The translations under genes and the position numbers were made by a program. A model generated the notes under the pieces. It searched no databases, was not told the DNA's origin, and saw only the letters and a list, made by a program, of their open reading frames with translations. A DNA stretch of 64,000 bases from Flavobacteriales bacterium (GTDB lineage: Bacteria; Bacteroidota; Bacteroidia; Palsa-965), in the NCBI GenBank assembly GCA_040377305.1, contig JBEIPA010000006.1, forward strand, positions 32,001-96,000. The letters are read 5' to 3'. Positions within the stretch are counted from its first letter, which is position 1, and the number at the start of each line of letters is the position of its first letter. This document shows positions 60,503 to 64,000 of this stretch, piece by piece.

Positions 60503-62146
60503 GTGAAAAAAGTATTACTACTGATCCCGGTCGCTCTAACCGGGTTCTTCAACTTGGCATACGCACAGATTCCAGGAATGGGTGCCGGACAGATTCACGG
60601 AAATTTCCAGTTTGACGCTGCGTATTACAATCCTGATAGTCTAATCTCTGCTCCTGCTGTTCCGGAGAAAGCGCTTTCGAATGGTTTCGGAAATCTTCTT
60701 TACACCAATGGCAAATTCATGGCTGGTGTTCGCTACGAACATTACCTGAATGTCATGCAAGGTTTTCCGGTAGACTATAAAGGAACAGGCATTCCTTATC
60801 GCTTCGCGACCTATAACAACGATCGTCTCGAAATTACGGTGGGTAACAGCTACGACCAATTCGGTAGCGGATTACTTTACCGTACGTATGAAGAGCGCGG
60901 ACTTGGTTACGATAATTCACTCGACGGAATGCGAATTCGTTTCAATCCTTACCGCGGGGTTTATGTTAAAGGTGTATGGGGTCGTCAGCGTGCGTTCTTC
61001 TCGTATGCTCCCGGAGTTGTTCGGGGTTTCGATGGAGAAATTAACATTAATGAATTTGCGGGCCACAAAATGGATTCGGTGAAAACAACATTCATCGTCG
61101 GAGGAAGTTTTGTGAGCAAATACCAACTCGATCAGAACCCGTTTCTGATTTATCCGCAAAACGTGGGTTCGTGGGCAGGACGGGCAAACATCATCTCGAA
61201 ACGCTGGAATATATTCGGGGAATATGCTTACAAGATCAATGATCCTTCACTGGCGAATAACTATATCTACAAACCGGGAACCGCCTTGTTCGTTTCTGCG
61301 AGCTATGCTCAGAAAGGATTAGGAATACTTGTTTCCATGAAGCAGATCGATAACTTTTCATACCGCTCGGATCGTGATGCGGCAGGAGTAAGTTCAATGA
61401 TCAATTACTTGCCGGCGCTTACGAAACAGCACACGTATCAGCTTGCTGCGTTTTACCCTTATGCAACTCAACCTACAGGAGAAACAGGATTCCAGGCTGA
61501 GCTTGGATACAAATTCAAGAAGGGCACCAAGCTTGGTGGCAAATACGGAACAAGTGTTTCATTGAATTACGGTTCTGCGTACGGTCTCGACACGACAGTG
61601 ATAGTTGAAGACGACACTGCCAGAATGGGCTATACAACGAACTACTTCGGTCTTGGCGATTTGTATTTCCAGGATATCAACATTGAAATCTACAAGAAGT
61701 TCAGTCCGAAATTCAAAGGAACGTTCTTGTATAGCTTCAACACCTACAACAAGAATATTATCGAAGGGAAGATTGATTATCCGCTGCTTCACTCACATAT
61801 CGTTGTGTTCGATCTGATTTATACTGCAAGTGACAAGCTCACGATCAGAACGGATCTTGAGCATATGTACACCGAACACGACTATGGTAGTTGGGGTCTC
61901 GCACTCATTGAATTCACCATGGGCGAGCACTTCTTTGCTGCAGCAATGGATCAATACAACTACGGCAACGAAGATCCTGAACACCGCATTCATTATGTAA
62001 ACGCTCAAGTAGGATACTACTGGGGAACTAACCGAATTGTACTGGGCTATGGTAAGCAGCGTGCAGGCATTTTCTGCGTTGGTGGTGTGTGTCGCTTCGT
62101 ACCTGCTTCAAACGGTTTCGCAATGACGATTACAAGCTCATTTTAA
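60503..62146 (+). CDS. DUF6029-like outer-membrane beta-barrel
   Basis: YDQFGSGLLYR, NYLPALTKQHTY, C-terminal YGKQRAGIFCVGGVCRFVPASNG...SSF. Confidence 0.8.
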   Translation: MKKVLLLIPVALTGFFNLAYAQIPGMGAGQIHGNFQFDAAYYNPDSLISAPAVPEKALSNGFGNLLYTNGKFMAGVRYEHYLNVMQGFPVDYKGTGIPYRFATYNNDRLEITVGNSYDQFGSGLLYRTYEERGLGYDNSLDGMRIRFNPYRGVYVKGVWGRQRAFFSYAPGVVRGFDGEININEFAGHKMDSVKTTFIVGGSFVSKYQLDQNPFLIYPQNVGSWAGRANIISKRWNIFGEYAYKINDPSLANNYIYKPGTALFVSASYAQKGLGILVSMKQIDNFSYRSDRDAAGVSSMINYLPALTKQHTYQLAAFYPYATQPTGETGFQAELGYKFKKGTKLGGKYGTSVSLNYGSAYGLDTTVIVEDDTARMGYTTNYFGLGDLYFQDINIEIYKKFSPKFKGTFLYSFNTYNKNIIEGKIDYPLLHSHIVVFDLIYTASDKLTIRTDLEHMYTEHDYGSWGLALIEFTMGEHFFAAAMDQYNYGNEDPEHRIHYVNAQVGYYWGTNRIVLGYGKQRAGIFCVGGVCRFVPASNGFAMTITSSF

Positions 62147-62172
62147 CAATTGCTTTGCTTAACTTTAAGACA

Positions 62173-63051
62173 ATGAAAATCTCAAAAATTATAATCCCGC
62201 TTGCGTTCCTTGTGGGAGCGTTGTCCTTTGTGAAATGCGACTACGTTGCCGATCCGGATACGATGCCCACTGTAGCTGCATTTGACACAACTAAACGAAA
62301 CGCTATTATTGAAGAGTGGACTGGTCATACATGCATCGCGTGTCCTGCTGCAGCGCGCCTGATTGATACGTTGAAGACAGTTTATGCTGAACGCTTCGTT
62401 GCAATTTCAATTCACGATGGATTCTTCGCAATGTGTCCACCCCTTGCAATGCCCGGTTGTGGCGCTGGTCATCCGGGAGCATTCTCCACCGATCTTGAGT
62501 GCCCAACTGCTGCGAGCTACACATCACTACACCCAACAGGTCCTAATTCGCCACCTATGGGAATGGTGAATCGTCTCGGAATGCCGAACAATGAAGTCAA
62601 ACCCCGCGGCTTATGGGCAGGGCTTGTCGACAGCATTATACAGGAAGATGCAATATGTTCTATTCACATTGACCACACTTACAATTCGGGAACCCGTCAG
62701 GTAACTGCCACCGTTCGCGGAACCTGGTTGATGACTCACAGCAATAACCTGAATGTTGCCATCATGCTCACTGAAAGCGGAATGGTTGGATGGCAGACGG
62801 ATGGAACTGCATGTGATTCTCAGTTTGTATTCAATGATGCTGTTCGCGAGTGCCTGAACACGCCAGGTTCAATTGTCGGGACATCACTTACTACTGCGCC
62901 AACGTTGATCGGATCTACATACTCATACGCGCTTACATCACCTTACACCCTGCCCGCTCAATTCAACGAAGCAGGTTGTCACCTTGTTGCAATCATCTAT
63001 GATACTGTAACCGGTGAGGTAATGCAGTGCTGGGAAGAACATTTGCAGTAG
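62173..63051 (+). CDS. Omp28-related outer-membrane lipoprotein
   Basis: Signal peptide ending FVKC; IEEWTGHTCIACP, ISIH, PMGMVNR. Confidence 0.8.
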   Translation: MKISKIIIPLAFLVGALSFVKCDYVADPDTMPTVAAFDTTKRNAIIEEWTGHTCIACPAAARLIDTLKTVYAERFVAISIHDGFFAMCPPLAMPGCGAGHPGAFSTDLECPTAASYTSLHPTGPNSPPMGMVNRLGMPNNEVKPRGLWAGLVDSIIQEDAICSIHIDHTYNSGTRQVTATVRGTWLMTHSNNLNVAIMLTESGMVGWQTDGTACDSQFVFNDAVRECLNTPGSIVGTSLTTAPTLIGSTYSYALTSPYTLPAQFNEAGCHLVAIIYDTVTGEVMQCWEEHLQ

Positions 63052-63178
63052 GCAGTAGTGCAGTCGGCAGTCAAAAAAAATAACAAGGGTCGCGAAAGTG
63101 GCCCTTTCTTCTTTTCACACCAACAGAATCAGTTTCTTACCGCGCGCTGAAGCCATCGGCCACAACTGACTGCCACTT
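63046..63178. repeat. gcagt periodic element overlapping the Omp28 stop codon
   Basis: cagtaggcagtagtgcagtc (63046-63065) is identical to 17795-17814; short right arm actgactgccact near 63165-63178. Confidence 0.7.
63085..63115 (+). terminator. Intrinsic terminator
   Basis: aagggtcgc-gaaa-gtggccctt followed by tcttctttt. Confidence 0.8.
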
Positions 63179-63196
63179 CTTCAGTATCTTTGCAAC

Positions 63197-63829
63197 ATGC
63201 GCAAACTCCTCTTGTTCGCATTCATGATCTTCTGCGGAACTCTTTCCGCACAGAAAACATTTTCTGCGGGAATGATCGCTGGCATAAACGGCTGTCAGAT
63301 TCACGGCGATGGATACTCCGGTTTCGACCAAATTGGCTTTGTGCTCGGAGGATTTGTACACAGCAACCCCGGAGAGAAATGGCAAGGGCAATTCGGAATA
63401 CAGTATTCGAGAAAAGGAAGTCGGCATGTTGTGCCACGCAACATGGGTGGTTATCGCGACTTCGAAATCCGACTCAACTATATTGACATTCCGCTAAACG
63501 CGCGTTACAACACCAAGAAAGTGTTCTTCGATCTGGGCGTTTCATTTGGTGTGATGTTTAAAGCACGCACCTGGGATGCAAACGGAGAAACAACTCCGCA
63601 GGAATTCAAAGGTTGGGAATTTGCATTGGTGAATGGAATCGGTTACAACGTGAATGACTATATGTTCATTGAACTCACAACTTCCAATTCACTTATACCA
63701 ATTAAGAATTTTCAGGTGCCCGTTTATAATTACGCGAATGTCATTGCGCGCATGTTCAACCGTGGCATGTACAACAACTTACTAGGCGTGATGTTTGGTT
63801 TTCGTTTTGGAGGAGCTGGTGGTGAGTAA
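63197..63829 (+). CDS. Outer-membrane beta-barrel (PorT/porin-like family)
   Basis: Signal peptide; QIHGDGYSGFDQIG...YSRKGS...LNYIDIPL; promoter box TATCTTTG at 63185-63192. Confidence 0.8.
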   Translation: MRKLLLFAFMIFCGTLSAQKTFSAGMIAGINGCQIHGDGYSGFDQIGFVLGGFVHSNPGEKWQGQFGIQYSRKGSRHVVPRNMGGYRDFEIRLNYIDIPLNARYNTKKVFFDLGVSFGVMFKARTWDANGETTPQEFKGWEFALVNGIGYNVNDYMFIELTTSNSLIPIKNFQVPVYNYANVIARMFNRGMYNNLLGVMFGFRFGGAGGE

Positions 63830-64000
63830 ACATAAAATCGTTGTTGCAATATCGGGTGCGAGCGGATCGATCTATGCGAAAGTTCTGCTCGACAAACTCG
63901 TTGCGCTAAGTGATCAGATTGAAGAAGTAGGCGTGGTGATGTCGGATAATGCGAAAGAGATCTGGCTGAAAGAGATCGGAAAATCATCGTACGACAACTA
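63822..64000 (+). CDS. ubiX: Flavin prenyltransferase (partial, runs off right edge)
   Basis: Hand translation from GTG: MSKHKIVVAISGASGSIYAKVLL...VVMSDNAKEIW. Confidence 0.85.
   Translation, partial: MSKHKIVVAISGASGSIYAKVLLDKLVALSDQIEEVGVVMSDNAKEIWLKEIGKSSYDN

Noticed and set aside
1-64000. tRNA, rRNA, transposase or prophage genes
   Set aside because: None recognised by eye; a tRNAscan-SE and Infernal run would be needed to exclude small RNAs.

Overview
Bacteroidota chromosome segment (sprA translocon, five T9SS-cargo genes, TAnnTTTG promoters). Left to right: AhpD/CMD-like gene running off the left edge; ArsR-SRPBCC-SRPBCC-DUF1801 stress cluster; RibD/DHFR-family gene; frameshifted methionine aminopeptidase; alpha/beta hydrolase; an AT-richer accessory block (GNAT-like plus small gene pair, type III R-M in res-mod order); metH under a SAM-I riboswitch; cytochrome oxidase III/IV and assembly genes; two RemB/Wzi-like barrels, wecA-like, gmd, fcl; cysQ; deoC with a full and a half aldehyde dehydrogenase; cysCDN; GNATs; vanZ-gcvH-sprA-ruvA-maeB; sirtuin; TlpA-DUF6029-Omp28 operon; ubiX at the right edge. 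Best candidates for novelty: (1) an unannotated 23-aa Cys/Met-rich leader peptide with antiterminator/terminator geometry directly upstream of cysC-cysD-cysN (putative cysteine-sensing attenuator); (2) a SAM-I riboswitch inflated to about 290 nt by two repeat-hairpin insertions in P3 and P4; (3) a pervasive set of 6-9 nt periodic inverted-repeat elements that abut stop codons and in places are translated, including one that encodes a lipoprotein signal peptide. All calls come from reading the sequence and the ORF track; no database searches or folding programs were run.
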